Shown: positions 10,876-22,740, numbered from the stretch's first letter. The stretch: 64,000 nt of DNA from an uncultured Nitrososphaerota archaeon (GCA_963824385.1 CAWGPD010000004.1:480001-544000); one strand, 5' to 3'. Numbers and translations are program-made. The notes: generated from the letters alone by a model not told the origin.

Positions 10876-13800
10876 TTAGTGGAGCTGCGACTGGCAATTT
10901 ACAACTGTGTCCTTTGAGGGACTGCCAAGATAGCAAGCATTCTGTCCACTTCCGCCTTGAATTATGTTACTTCCCGTACCGACAAAGACCTGCATGTTTC
11001 CAGATCCTCCTTTTATGACATTATCACCATTGCCTGCATAAATTGTGTTGGTTCCATTTCCAGCATATATGATATTGTTGCCATTACCGGCAATTACACA
11101 ATCTCCAGAAGGACCTTCATGAATTACATCATTACCATCTAGTCCAATTATCAAGTTAGGCACCATTGAACCTGTCAATGAATCGCTGCCATTTGTTCCC
11201 ATTACCAAGTTATAGTCAGAGGATGGTTTTCCACATGCAAGTACTGTAACAGTTTGATCTTGTGTATTTTCATTGCCAAACTTGTCAGTTGCAATCCACT
11301 GGATAACTGTTTTACCGAGTGGAAATAGTCCAGTAGAATTATTAGTTATCTTCGGAGACGTGTCTATAATTCCTGTACCATTGGCATCTCCTATAACTAG
11401 AGGTGTTTCAAATGCAGTTGCATCAGTCACTATGTTCTGAGGAATTGTTAATTGGGGCGGTAATTTGTCGACAACTTGAACTATCTGTGTTGCATTTGCC
11501 GTATTTCCTGCCTCATCTTTTGCTGTCCATACTACAGTAGTATTTCCAAATTGGAATAGTGTTGGAGTATTGTTTGTAATTGTAACTACCTGTACATTAT
11601 CACTACTGTAGCATTTCCAATATTTACACTAGTTCCAGCTGAACTTGTAGCGTTTACTATAACATTATGTGGTGCAGTTATCTTTGGAGCAGTTGTATCA
11701 ACTACATTAATTACTTGAGTAGCATTAGATATGTTTCCAGATAGATCAGTAGCAGTCCATAGTATGGAAGTCTTTCCTAATGGGAATGTCTTTGATGCGT
11801 TGTTGGCAATTGTAACTGGTTGAATATCAGTTGCAGTTGCATTGCCTATTGGTACTGTGTTGTCATTTAATGAAGTAGACTTCAAATGTTATGTTAGATG
11901 GTATGGCTAGTTTTGGAGGAATTGTGTTTAGTACATTAACTACCTGAGTTGTGTTTTCTTTGTTACCTGACTCATCAGTTGCTGTCCACAAGACAGTAGT
12001 TTTACCTAAGGGGAATGCCAATGGAGCATTGTTTGTAATTGCAACTGGTTCTATATCAGATACAAATGGTTTTACTAGTGAAATTGTATTATTATTAAGT
12101 GAAGTAGCTTCAAATGTGATGTTAGATGGTATGGCGAGTTTTGGAGGAATGGTATGAACTACATCTACAATTTGGGTGGCATTTGCCTTGTTACCTGATG
12201 CATCAGTTGCTACCCAGAGTACACTAGTCTTTCCTAACTGGAATTCTGTTGGAGCGTTATTTGTAATTGTAACTGGTTGGAGATCAGTTGCATTGGCACT
12301 ACCTATTGATACTGTATTATTGTTAAGTGAAGTGGCTTCAAATGTGATGTTAGATGGTATGGTTAGTTTTGGAGGAATTGTGTTTTCGACATCGACTATT
12401 TGGGTTGCATTTGCTTTGTTGCCTGCTTCATCAGTTGCTATCCATAGTACCGCAGTCTTTCCTAATGGGAATGTCTTTGATGCGTTGTTGGTAAGTGATA
12501 CTATCTTGACATTGTCAGAAGATGTTGCGTTACCTAATGATGCGATATTATTACCAAGAGAGGATGCTTGTACTGTAACATCTGTAGGAGCAATAATTTT
12601 TGGAGCAGTTGTATCAACTACATTAATTACTTGAGTAGCATTAGATATGTTTCCAGATACATCAGTAGCAGTCCATAGTATGGAAGTCTTTCCTAATGGG
12701 AATGTCTTTGATGCGTTGTTGGCAATTGTAACTGGTTGAATATCAGTTGCAGTTGCATTGCCTATTGGTACTGTGTTGTCATTTAATGAAGTAGCTTCAA
12801 ATGTTATGTTAGATGGTATGGCTAGTTTTGGAGGAATTGTGTTTTTTACCAGTACAGTTTGAGTGGCATTAGATGTATTTCCAGATGCATCCTTGGCAGT
12901 CCATGTGATAGTGGTCAATCCAATTGGAAATTGTTTTGGAGCATCATTTGTAACTGTCACTGGTTCAATGTCAACAACAGTTGGAGTTCCTAATGGAATA
13001 GTATTATTGTTAAGCGAAGTAACTTCAAATACAATACCTGTTGGAACTAGTAATCTTGGTGAAAGGGTATGAACTACATCTACAGTCTGAGTAGCATTAG
13101 ATATGTTTCCAGATAGATCAGTAGCAGTCCATAGTATGGAAGTCTTTCCTAATGGGAATGTCTTTGATGCGTTGTTGGCAATTGTAACTGGTTGAATATC
13201 AGTTGCAGTTGCATTGCCTATTGGTACTGTGTTGTCATTTAATGAAGTACTTCAAATGTTATGTTAGATGGTATGGCTAGTTTTGGAGGAATGGTATGAA
13301 CTACATCTACAATTTGGGTGGCATTTGCCTTGTTGCCTGATGCATCAGTTGCTACCCAGAGTACACTAGTCTTTCCTAACTGGAATTCTGTTGGAGCGTT
13401 ATTTGTAATTGTAACTGGTTGGAGATCAGTTGCATTGGCACTACCTATTGATACTGTATTATTGTTAAGTGAAGTGGCTTCAAATGTTATGTTAGATGGT
13501 ATGGTTAGTTTTGGAGGAATTGTGTTTTCGACATCGACTATTTGGGTTGCATTTGCTTTGTTGCCTGCTTCATCAGTTGCTATCCATAGTACCGCAGTCT
13601 TTCCTAATGGGAATGTCTTTGATGCGTTGTTGGCAATTGTAACTGGTTGAATATCAGTTGCAGTTGCATTGCCTATTGGTACTGTGTTGTCATTTAATGA
13701 AGTAGCTTCAAATGTTATGTTAGATGGTATGGCTAGTTTTGGAGGAATGGTATGAACTACATCTACAATTTGGGTTGCATTTGCCTTGTTGCCTGATGTA

Positions 13801-16171
13801 TCAGTTGCTACCCAGAGTACACTAGTCTTTCCTAACTGGAATTCTGTTGGAGCGTTATTTGTAATTGTAACTGGTTGGAGATCAACTACGTTTGGATTGT
13901 TCAATTGTACAGTATTGTTATTTAGTGATGTTGCTTCTACTGTTATGCTTACAGGTTGTGAAATATGTGGTGGAGTAGTATCAACTACATCAATTACTTG
14001 AGTAGCATTAGATATGTTTCCAGATAGATCAGTAGCAGTCCATAGTATGGAAGTCTTTCCTAATGGGAATGTCTTTGATGCGTTGTTGGCAATTGTAACT
14101 GGTTGAATATCAGTTGCAGTTGCATTGCCTATTGGTACTGTGTTGTCATTTAATGAAGTAGACTTCAAATGTTATGTTAGATGGTATGGCTAGTTTTGGA
14201 GGAATGGTATGAACTACATCTACAATTTGGGTGGCATTTGCCTTGTTACCTGCTTTGTCCAGTGCTGTCCATATTATAGTAGTCTTTCCTAGTCCAAAAA
14301 ATTGCGGAGCATTATTTGTAACTGATTGTATAATTCCATTATCAGTAACGGTTGCATTTCCTAGTGGTACAATGTTTTGATTAAGTGATGTAGCCTCAAA
14401 TGTAACTGTAGACGGTGGAGAAATTTTTGGTGGAGTTGTATCTATAATATTTACAACTTGTGTGGCAGTTGCGGAATTTCCAGATTGATCAGTAGCAGTC
14501 CAAGTTATCAGAGTCTGGCCTAGTGGAAATACCGATGGAGCATTATTTGCAACTGATTCAATTGTTCCAATGGCAGTAACAGTAGCATTGCCAAGATTTA
14601 CGATATTATTAGTTGGGCTAGTTGCTTCTTGTGTTATATCAGGGGGAGCATGAATTACAGGAGGAACCGTATCTTGTACTGTCACAACTTGTGTTGCAGT
14701 TGCGGAATTTCCAGATGTGTCTATTGCCTTCCAGGTTACTGTGGTCTTGCCAATTGGAAAGTATGGAGGAGCGTCATTTGTAACAGATTCTACGCCAACT
14801 GCATCATAAGTAGATGGCACCCCAAGATTCACCGAATTATTGTCAGGAGTAGTTGCTTCAACGGTTACAGGCGGAGGCGCTGTCAATACTGGCGGAGTGG
14901 TATCTTGAACTGTGATTGTCTGTACTGCTTTTGCCATATTACCGGCGTTGTCAATTGCAGTCCATGTTACCATTGTAATGCCTAGAGGGAATTTTGATGG
15001 AGCATTACTAGTAAGGGAAGATATACCAACAGTATCAGTGGCAGTAGACTTGACCAATTGATACTGGTGTTAAAACTCCAGTTGCTTCAATTGTCATATC
15101 TGAAGGAGCTGTAATAGATGGAGGAGTATGATCATTAGGATACAAATTTTTAGTTGCATTACTCTGAGTAGAATTTTGTGTGACTGTTACTTGTGGTGTT
15201 GGATTAATTGTTTGTGTAGGTGTTGGAGCTGGAGGTAAGGGTTGGACAAATTTTTCAATTCTGCTATTGGTAGAGTCTACAACAAAAATATTTCCATTAG
15301 AGTCTACCGCAGTACCTAGAGGATTATTAAATAATCCAGGATCTGTGCCTTGACTTCCCCAAGTTGTAACCGGATCTCCATTATCATCTAACTCAAAAAT
15401 TCTATTATTTCCACTGTCTGCCACATAGATATTTCCTGACTTGTCTACAGATATACCAGTGGGTTGTTGTAGAGCAGCCCCAGTTGAAGCACTAAAAGTG
15501 CTTAAAGATACACCAGTATTAGAAAATTTTTCTATTTTATTTCCTCCTGAATCAGTTACATAGACATTTCCTTGTGAATCTGCAGCAATTCCACTTGCAG
15601 AAAGAAATTGACCGTCATCAAGTCCACTTTGCCCAATATTTTGTAAAAAGTTTCCATTACTATCAAATTTTTCAACTCTGTTATTTCCTGTATCTACAAC
15701 ATACACATCACCAGTTGGATCTACTGCTATTCCTTTTGGAAGTAGAAGTGTACCATTGTTAGTTCCTTTTGTTCCCCATTGTGTTATGTATTTACCAGTA
15801 AGATCAAATTTTTGTACATTAGAATTTGCATTATCAACAACATAGATTGAATCATTGCCAATTGCAATTCCTGCAGGAGAAGTGAATTGGTCTGGACCAC
15901 TACCTTTTGATCCAAAACTAGAAAGAAAGTTTCCATTGGTATCAAATTTTTCTACCCTATCATTTCCAAGATCAGTTACATAGACATTACCTGAAGGGTC
16001 AATTGCTACATCTTGTGGAAATGCAAATTGGGTATGGTTCTGAAATCCGTATGAACCCCATTGGGTCGAAAAAGTAGGAGAGCTAGTTGCCCATGAATAA
16101 CCAACAAACATACTTGATAGTACAATTACCAAAATCCCAATTAATACTGGGTAAGTCTTCAACACATACAA
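10876..16171 (-). CDS. Giant secreted/surface protein (~1,764 aa after repair): signal/TM segment, NHL beta-propeller, ~17 HYR-like Ig repeats and a C-terminal Gly/Asn-rich RTX-like tail
   Basis: Six listed ORFs join into one frame after repairing five indels (~15048, 14162, 13249, 11879, 11606); NHL repeats (GIAVDxxGNVYVxD), FPLGxTxVxWTATD repeats and GGxGN/GNGDN nonamers. Confidence 0.88.
11215..15130 (-). repeat. Intragenic tandem array of ~228-nt (76-aa) HYR units, several near-identical at DNA level
   Basis: ~12110-12490 matches ~13250-13630 (offset 1142); ~11720-11920 matches ~14000-14200 (offset 2283); offsets are multiples of ~228. Confidence 0.9.
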
Positions 16172-16237
16172 GATTGTAAGACACTAAAAAGATCTCCTTA
16201 GTTAGCAATTGTTACAATTTTGGTCAATTCTGGTAAA

Positions 16238-17018
16238 TTAGAATGGCTTGTTGACTTCTCTTGTGAAGACATAGCTTGCAATGGCTACCATTACTACCAC
16301 AAATCCGCATATTACGGATATTTCTATAGCCGCTGATAATATTTGAGCAGTGCCAGTCATCATCTGCCTAATCAATAACACAGAATAGGTTACAGGATTG
16401 AGTCTTGCAACAAATGCAAGCCAAGACGGTAAGAGTTCCAAAGGAAAGAGAGCAGGACTGAGCATAAACAGAGGCATTCCCAGAAAGTTGATGAGGCCCC
16501 AAAAGGTTTCTTGTGATTTAGATGTGGCAGCTACAACAACAGATATTCCAGAGAAGCCAAGTGAAAATATGATTACAGTCAACAATATTGGAAACACCAT
16601 AAGCAAGTTTGACATATGAACTCCTAACGCAAGTGCAATTCCTAAAATCAAACTTGACTGTAGCGCAGATATCAAGGATATTGCAAGCATTTTACCTAAT
16701 GCAATAGACGACCTAGAGATTGGAGAAACAAGAGACTTTGTTCATGAAACCGTATCTTCGATCCCACAAAGTGTTTACTCCACCGAAAATACTTGTGAAT
16801 ATAGCAGTGAGCATTATCACACCTGGTGCCATAAATTCTATGTAAGAACCGTGAAAACCTACAGACTGAATCAAGGGTCTAGTACTTGCAAATGTGTTAC
16901 CCATAACTATAATCCATATGGCAGGTTGAATTAGTCGTATCAGTATTCCGCTTCGTGATTTCTTGTATCTTTTCATCTCCCTCCAGAAAATAGTATAAGT
17001 ATCCGATATCATCGTCAT
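16238..17018 (-). CDS. ABC-2 type exporter permease (1-nt insertion at ~16735)
   Basis: YIEFMAPG, DRRYGFM and NPVTYSV motifs; the two ORFs join on restoring AGCT. Confidence 0.9.
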
Positions 17019-18019
17019 GATACTCGGAGCCTCCTTAATCTTTCACGCATTTTTTTTCTGTCATACTTGCCTTCATCTTCTCTTAGCTCTCTACCAGTGT
17101 GTGATAAAAATACGTCATCAAGAGTTGGTTTGTTAAGAGAAATAGTTTCTATCTTAACTTTAAGATTATTCGCATGTTGAAAAATTTGAGGAGTAAGCTG
17201 ATCTCCACTAGTTGTAAAGACGGTTACTACAAGTCCATTTGTTGACACATCTTTTACTGTAGGAGTTTTTCGTATTTCTGAAACTAATTCCTCCAGTTTT
17301 GTTTCCGAATCAATTTCAAAAATAACTATTTCATTACCTAAAGAACTTTTCAATTCTTTTGGGGAACCTGTTACTTTGATTTTCCCATTATCAATTATAG
17401 AGATATTATTACACAGTTTATCAGCCTCTTCCATATAGTGAGTAGTAAGAAAAATGGACATTCCAAATTCGTCATGAATTTTTTTTATATATTCCCAGAT
17501 TTTGTACCTAGTCTGAATATCAAGCCCAAGAGTTGGCTCATCTAGGAATAAAACTTTAGGCATGTTCAGCAACCCTCCTCCTATGTCAAGTCTTTTTCTC
17601 ATGCCTCCGGAATATGTCACGGCTGCCTCATTTTGCCTATCTGCCAATTCAATTATCTCAAGTATTTCATCTATCCTCTTTGTTCTGATATCTTTTGGGA
17701 TGTGATCAAGTCTTGCTTGCAACTCGAGATTTTCTCTACCTGTAAGATATTCATCAACTGTAGAATCCTGTTGTACATATCCAATGTTTTGTCGAACATT
17801 CTTTGCTTGAGTCATAACATCAAATCCAGCAACAAATGCTTTGCCTGAGGTTGGTTTTAGCAAGGTAGTCAGAATCATAATAGTTGTACTTTTACCTGCC
17901 CCATTAGGTCCCAAGAAACCAAAGATCTCTCCATTTTCTAGCTTGATTGAAATTTCATCAACCGCCTTAAGTCCACTAGAATAAACTTTAGAAAGTTTGT
18001 CAGTCTCTACAGCGTACAA
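17015..18019 (-). CDS. ABC exporter ATP-binding subunit (DrrA-like)
   Basis: GPNGAGKS, YSGGM and LDEPT motifs. Confidence 0.95.
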   Translation of the reverse strand: MYAVETDKLSKVYSSGLKAVDEISIKLENGEIFGFLGPNGAGKSTTIMILTTLLKPTSGKAFVAGFDVMTQAKNVRQNIGYVQQDSTVDEYLTGRENLELQARLDHIPKDIRTKRIDEILEIIELADRQNEAAVTYSGGMRKRLDIGGGLLNMPKVLFLDEPTLGLDIQTRYKIWEYIKKIHDEFGMSIFLTTHYMEEADKLCNNISIIDNGKIKVTGSPKELKSSLGNEIVIFEIDSETKLEELVSEIRKTPTVKDVSTNGLVVTVFTTSGDQLTPQIFQHANNLKVKIETISLNKPTLDDVFLSHTGRELREDEGKYDRKKMRERLRRLRVS

Positions 18020-18089
18020 CGTAGAACAGAAAATTAATCTATTATAAATTGCTATTAGGAAAAATAAAGATTTCTACGTCTAAACAAAT

Positions 18090-18545
18090 ATGAGTAAATT
18101 TTTAATAATCCTAACTCGCATAATTTTTCTTGTGCTAAGACTAGATATCTTTTTGATTGGAATTTTAGCAATTACAGCAGTTGGAAGTGCACATGCATCA
18201 TCTAGCGATATAACATTGAGTCCTCCCAGCACTGTAGATGCCAGCGGCAATCAGATATCAGATATTCATGTGGGAGAGATGGTTGTTTTTTCATCGGTAA
18301 TATCAAATCATTCAGACGGGGCTAAACGATTTACATACCTAGTATCAGTTCTTAATCAAAACAATCAACTCGAAGTGCGAGACGGTATTTCAGCAGATAT
18401 AGGTCCAAATCAGCAATTCACTGTAGCTCAATCATGGATGCCAGAAGACCCTGGAACATACAATGTGCAGACAGTTCTACTTAATGGATATCTCATATCA
18501 AGCCCATTAACAGATACAATCAACACTCAGGTTATTGTAAAATAA
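18090..18545 (+). CDS. Secreted single Ig-like-domain protein
   Basis: Signal peptide; FTYLV...QSWMP..GTYNVQ; paralogue of 24308-24721; start uncertain. Confidence 0.7.
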   Translation: MSKFLIILTRIIFLVLRLDIFLIGILAITAVGSAHASSSDITLSPPSTVDASGNQISDIHVGEMVVFSSVISNHSDGAKRFTYLVSVLNQNNQLEVRDGISADIGPNQQFTVAQSWMPEDPGTYNVQTVLLNGYLISSPLTDTINTQVIVK

Positions 18546-18561
18546 AAAAGATAAAAAAGAT

Positions 18562-19008
18562 TTATGGAGTTTTGTATTCGTCTTTTGTTTGTCTGAGAAT
18601 TACCTTTTCACCAACACCCCAGATTTCTGAAGTGCGAAAGATTCTCGAGCCAATAAGACCGTCTGATACCTCGATAGATTCTAACTCGTTGGTTTCAGTA
18701 TTCATGTGAAGTCTTTTGATTTTACCGATCTTACGCCCGTCAATGTCAACCACTTGAGAGTCAATTCGTATCGGAGCAGATGATAGAAGTACTGATTCCT
18801 CAGTGAATCTATCTATATAGTCACGTGATAGAAAGTGATCTTTGTGTAATCCCTTGTGTACGGTTATTCCCACAACTTCTAGGGTATCTGAATTGATATG
18901 GACGTGCTTTACTTTACCATATTCGATTCCTTCTCTATCAACGACCTTTTTTCCTTTAAATTCATCTGCAGAGATTTGCTTTCGGTCAAGTTCGATTCTT
19001 GTAGCCAT
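18562..19008 (-). CDS. Tandem PRC-barrel domain protein
   Basis: Two repeats: GKKVVDREGIEYGKV and SQVVDIDGRKIGKI. Confidence 0.85.
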   Translation of the reverse strand: MATRIELDRKQISADEFKGKKVVDREGIEYGKVKHVHINSDTLEVVGITVHKGLHKDHFLSRDYIDRFTEESVLLSSAPIRIDSQVVDIDGRKIGKIKRLHMNTETNELESIEVSDGLIGSRIFRTSEIWGVGEKVILRQTKDEYKTP

Positions 19009-19012
19009 GTAC

Positions 19013-19029
19013 CCGACTTGTCAAGTCGG
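19013..19029. promoter_or_regulatory. Perfect inverted repeat CCGACTTG-T-CAAGTCGG, candidate operator
   Basis: Lies between the AT-rich promoter element (19030-19038) and the ATG (19008) of the PRC-barrel gene. Confidence 0.6.
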
Positions 19030-19096
19030 TTTATTGAAGGCGGTATCAGGGTTTTCAATCTAATCGGTTAAATTCTTTAAAACAAGACAAGATTTC

Positions 19097-19414
19097 ATGG
19101 AAATTCAAGAGGGAACCTTCAAGGCAACGCTAGTTACAACGGGGAGAAAGTCAGGCAAAGAGCACTCTGTTGAGATTAGGGCCGTATATTACAAGGGAAA
19201 ATTCTATTTTTCCAGAAGAAATCCAAATAGTGACTGGTTAAAAAATGCGCTTTACAATCCTAATGTCAAAATAGAATATCAAGGAAAATTTATTTTAGGA
19301 ACAGCGTCATTGGTCAATAATCAAGAATTATGTAAAAAGATATCACAGATGAAATATGCTGATAAACGATCTGAGGAAGTAAGAATAGTTTTACAAGTCA
19401 ACCCATGTGAATAA
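19097..19414 (+). CDS. Deazaflavin (F420)-dependent nitroreductase-like split-barrel protein
   Basis: LVTTGRKSG and SDWLKNALYNPNV motifs. Confidence 0.75.
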   Translation: MEIQEGTFKATLVTTGRKSGKEHSVEIRAVYYKGKFYFSRRNPNSDWLKNALYNPNVKIEYQGKFILGTASLVNNQELCKKISQMKYADKRSEEVRIVLQVNPCE

Positions 19415-20051
19415 TTGTAGTCATACCGCGTCGTTCATGTTCTTGACCATCTCTTGTTTCAGTTACAACAACCGTAAAAGAAACAACGTCTCTAGGATTA
19501 CATTTGTGAGCATCCATTTTCAAATGTAGATCTAAAAGTTCAAAGTCTTCATCAGAAATGTTTGATTCATCAATTATAACATGACTTGTAGAACTTATCA
19601 AAAATCTCTTATCCTTTTGATGCCATCCCAATTTTACTCTATACCCTTCTCTTCCAATTGCTTTTACAGTTATGTCTATTACTCCAGGTTTTGCAAGTGC
19701 ATAACCAGACATATTATTAACAAAAACTCCCACTTGAAATGGATATCCGGCAGTATTTTCTGCCATTTTTTGTATTCCATCATTCATGACAACATCAACT
19801 CCTTTTATCGTAGTAGCAATCTTTGCTATCCATTCATTTGTTCGTTCAACTATTGCATGTATTTGCGTGCGTCGTTTCTTGTCTTCGTCTTCAGGGAGTT
19901 TGTAATAATCAACCCATGCTAGATAATCCCCACATATGTCTTTGATAAATTGCATGCATGTTACCTTGTAATCTTCAACACTTGATGCTCTTTCAGAACC
20001 CTCATCATATGGTACATCGTCTTTATCCAATGGAAGCATGAGTTGTCTCAA
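19398..20051 (-). CDS. Hypothetical protein
   Basis: 217-aa ORF with typical composition; no recognised motif. Confidence 0.65.
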   Translation of the reverse strand: MRQLMLPLDKDDVPYDEGSERASSVEDYKVTCMQFIKDICGDYLAWVDYYKLPEDEDKKRRTQIHAIVERTNEWIAKIATTIKGVDVVMNDGIQKMAENTAGYPFQVGVFVNNMSGYALAKPGVIDITVKAIGREGYRVKLGWHQKDKRFLISSTSHVIIDESNISDEDFELLDLHLKMDAHKCNPRDVVSFTVVVTETRDGQEHERRGMTTIIHMG

Positions 20052-20067
20052 AATATCTTGTAATTAA

Positions 20068-20625
20068 GTGAAACCTAATGCATATATGAGAAAATTTTTT
20101 ATTATAATTATGAGTTTTTCTCAAATATCAACCAGACTTCAAAAAGAGTTAAAATCAAACAATCCACAGATTCGTTTTCTCTTAAAAAAAAGTCCTGGCC
20201 TTGCATTTACTACTATCAATGAGATTGCAATCAACATTGGAAAAACATACAATATCAAAGTCTCCCTTAATTTTCCTGAAAGGGGAAAGATTGAGGATTA
20301 TGATGCATATGGAACAGAAAATATCGGATTTGTATTTGAAAGAGATAGTAAAGCATTTCCTATCCCAAGAGAATCGATAAAATCAAAAGCATCTGAAATT
20401 CTAGGTAGTGTCAATATTCAAGATGCATACATGTATGAGGGAAAGGAAGGAGTCAGAGTGATAAATGATAATTATAGGCTAGACGTATTACCTGCTTCTT
20501 TACACTTGTGGGGCAAGATCAATGATGAAATTAGAAATTTTTGTGATTGGTTGCTTGAAAATTGTTATGGAGTTAAACCTGGTGTAGATGGCGCCTTTAA
20601 TGAAACTAATTCAAAAACATATTGA
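20068..20625 (+). CDS. Hypothetical protein
   Basis: Long ORF; likely start is the later ATG (MSFSQIS). Confidence 0.6.
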   Translation: MKPNAYMRKFFIIIMSFSQISTRLQKELKSNNPQIRFLLKKSPGLAFTTINEIAINIGKTYNIKVSLNFPERGKIEDYDAYGTENIGFVFERDSKAFPIPRESIKSKASEILGSVNIQDAYMYEGKEGVRVINDNYRLDVLPASLHLWGKINDEIRNFCDWLLENCYGVKPGVDGAFNETNSKTY

Positions 20626-21281
20626 AGATTTCCATCAGGATCATAAATTATAGCTTTTACAGGTATTGGTAAATTATCAACTATCCATATTTTGTTTATG
20701 TGTGCTCCAATTCTGTATGACAAAAGATATGCATTTGCAGAACCAAATCCAAATGACATTTTTCCAGAATCAGTTACTTTGAGTGTTTCATGATTTGCAC
20801 CAATGTAGAGGTCACCCCATTCCGCATCTTTTGCCAGATATTTTTCATCGGTTGCATAATCTCTCATTGAAAATATGGTTTGATCAAGAACATCAAAGTA
20901 GGGTTTGACATTAGAAGAGACATCCACAAAATCATAAACTAGGCCTATTGGTACAGTCTGACTTATTTTTTCACCACCATTGCTTGGATTTATCGTAACT
21001 AACAATGATTGATTTCCTTCTTGGATTGGAAGAAATTTTAGATCAGCAGTGAAATTTGTGTTGCTAAAAGAAACCGGATTAGATGATGAATTTGTGTTGT
21101 TAAAAGAAACCTGATAAATCATTTCAGGAGTATATTCTGAACCTTTGCCCATGTGCCATTGACTTGCTTGTATAGGTACCAAGAAGATAGGTTTTACATT
21201 AGAAAGAAATGGCCATGCAAGTCCGGCAGCTGCCACTATTATAATTACAGCAAAAATAGCTACAATTCTTATGTTAGGCAT
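20565..21281 (-). CDS. Membrane-anchored protein, paralogous to the N-terminal domain of 21301-22665
   Basis: N-terminal TM; NKIWIVDNLPIPVKAIIY versus NKIWIDSSLPFPVKAIVY in the neighbour. Confidence 0.75.
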   Translation of the reverse strand: MPNIRIVAIFAVIIIVAAAGLAWPFLSNVKPIFLVPIQASQWHMGKGSEYTPEMIYQVSFNNTNSSSNPVSFSNTNFTADLKFLPIQEGNQSLLVTINPSNGGEKISQTVPIGLVYDFVDVSSNVKPYFDVLDQTIFSMRDYATDEKYLAKDAEWGDLYIGANHETLKVTDSGKMSFGFGSANAYLLSYRIGAHINKIWIVDNLPIPVKAIIYDPDGNLQYVFELVSLKAPSTPGLTP

Positions 21282-21300
21282 GTTATCTCAATTAATTTTC

Positions 21301-22665
21301 TTATAGTCTAATACTAGATAGACTTGGATGCATTCTAACAAATAGAATTGTCAATCCAACTACAATTGCCATTATCATCAGAGAGCTCAATGGAAATTCT
21401 GGAATGGCGTTATTTACAGTGCCATTGGTCATGGTAGAATTATTCATAGAAGTGCCATTAGTCATAGTCATAGAAGTGCTATTGGTCATAGTAGAATTAG
21501 TCATAGAAGGTGTTGTTCCCATACTTGCAGGTGGCGAACCAAATGATGCTTGTGTATTTATATCAAATTGCACATTACCTGCAGTGCTGACATCTGGAGT
21601 AGAACCTTGAGCTCCTATTCCAAGGGCTGCTATTAAAACGTGTGACAGAGGAGTACTTCCGTTCAAGACAAATGTATTATCATCATCTCCAACTGGGGCA
21701 AATAGAGATGGTCTTCCCAGAGTTTGTGCAAGAGAAGATAGTTTCACTCCGTTATTATCCACTGTGAATATATCATATTGCACATTACTGACTTTTTGTG
21801 TTTGGTCATAGGCCTGCTCAAAAGATAATCTCATCTCTATCGGACAACCATTATGAGGATTAGATGGACTATACCTATATTCTACAACCATCGAGTTTGA
21901 ATCTGTTGTAGCAGTAGCGTGAACGGAATCTTGTAACATATTTGGTGCTTCACAACCTGAATTTACTCCAGCAGTTGTAGTAGAAGTCACTTGTAAGAAG
22001 CTAGGTTCTGTTTGACTATTTCCATTTTGTAACAAGTCCAAAGTATAATCGGGAGGAGGTGTTCCCGTGGTTACATCTACGTAAACAATAGCCTTTACAG
22101 GAAATGGAAGTGATGAATCGATCCAAATTTTATTATCAACATCTTTGTGCCAGCCAACTACCCATGTATCAAATGTTCCAGCTGGTTCTGTAATTGTGTC
22201 ATGGTTTAGAGGACCAACTGATTGTCCACCAACAGAACCTGTACGTCCCCATGCTGGAACATCAAAAGTTTTTGGTGAATCACTTGTTGCAAAAGCATCT
22301 AACCATGAGACTGTACTTCTGTAAACTGCAGTATAATCTGAAATATTAGGATCAAAAGTTTCTGGATCAGGAGTTATTTTCCCTATTGTCATGATTCCTT
22401 CTTGTACAATTGAGCCATCAACTGTTAGAAATACTAAATTCCAACCACTTCCATCGCTTGTCTGATTTTTCACCCAAAAACTCATCTGAAGTGGAGCGCA
22501 GTTATGCCAGTCTGTAAAGCAGACATTATAACTAAAATAATCACCTTGTTTGAGTCCCTTTCCAGGATACCATGAATCAGTAGATTTTGTAGCCTGTACA
22601 GACTGGAAAGCAACAGGCATGATTAATAAAAATGTAAAAATTGCAAATACTGCATACTTTTGCAT
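21301..22665 (-). CDS. Secreted protein with Met/Thr/Asn-rich linker and PEF(G)-CTERM-like sorting signal
   Basis: Signal peptide; C-terminal IPEFP + TM + basic residue; MTNST repeats. Confidence 0.8.
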   Translation of the reverse strand: MQKYAVFAIFTFLLIMPVAFQSVQATKSTDSWYPGKGLKQGDYFSYNVCFTDWHNCAPLQMSFWVKNQTSDGSGWNLVFLTVDGSIVQEGIMTIGKITPDPETFDPNISDYTAVYRSTVSWLDAFATSDSPKTFDVPAWGRTGSVGGQSVGPLNHDTITEPAGTFDTWVVGWHKDVDNKIWIDSSLPFPVKAIVYVDVTTGTPPPDYTLDLLQNGNSQTEPSFLQVTSTTTAGVNSGCEAPNMLQDSVHATATTDSNSMVVEYRYSPSNPHNGCPIEMRLSFEQAYDQTQKVSNVQYDIFTVDNNGVKLSSLAQTLGRPSLFAPVGDDDNTFVLNGSTPLSHVLIAALGIGAQGSTPDVSTAGNVQFDINTQASFGSPPASMGTTPSMTNSTMTNSTSMTMTNGTSMNNSTMTNGTVNNAIPEFPLSSLMIMAIVVGLTILFVRMHPSLSSIRL

Positions 22666-22740
22666 ATATTTGCTATAGAAAAAATGTTCTAGTTAAATCT
22701 TTCAAATAAGCAAATATAGTGGAACCATATTATTCCGAAT

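Noticed and set aside
11215..15130. CRISPR array or diversity-generating retroelement repeats
   Set aside because: Units are ~228-nt in-frame coding repeats with no unique spacers; no cas or reverse transcriptase gene is present and no adenine-specific variation was noticed.
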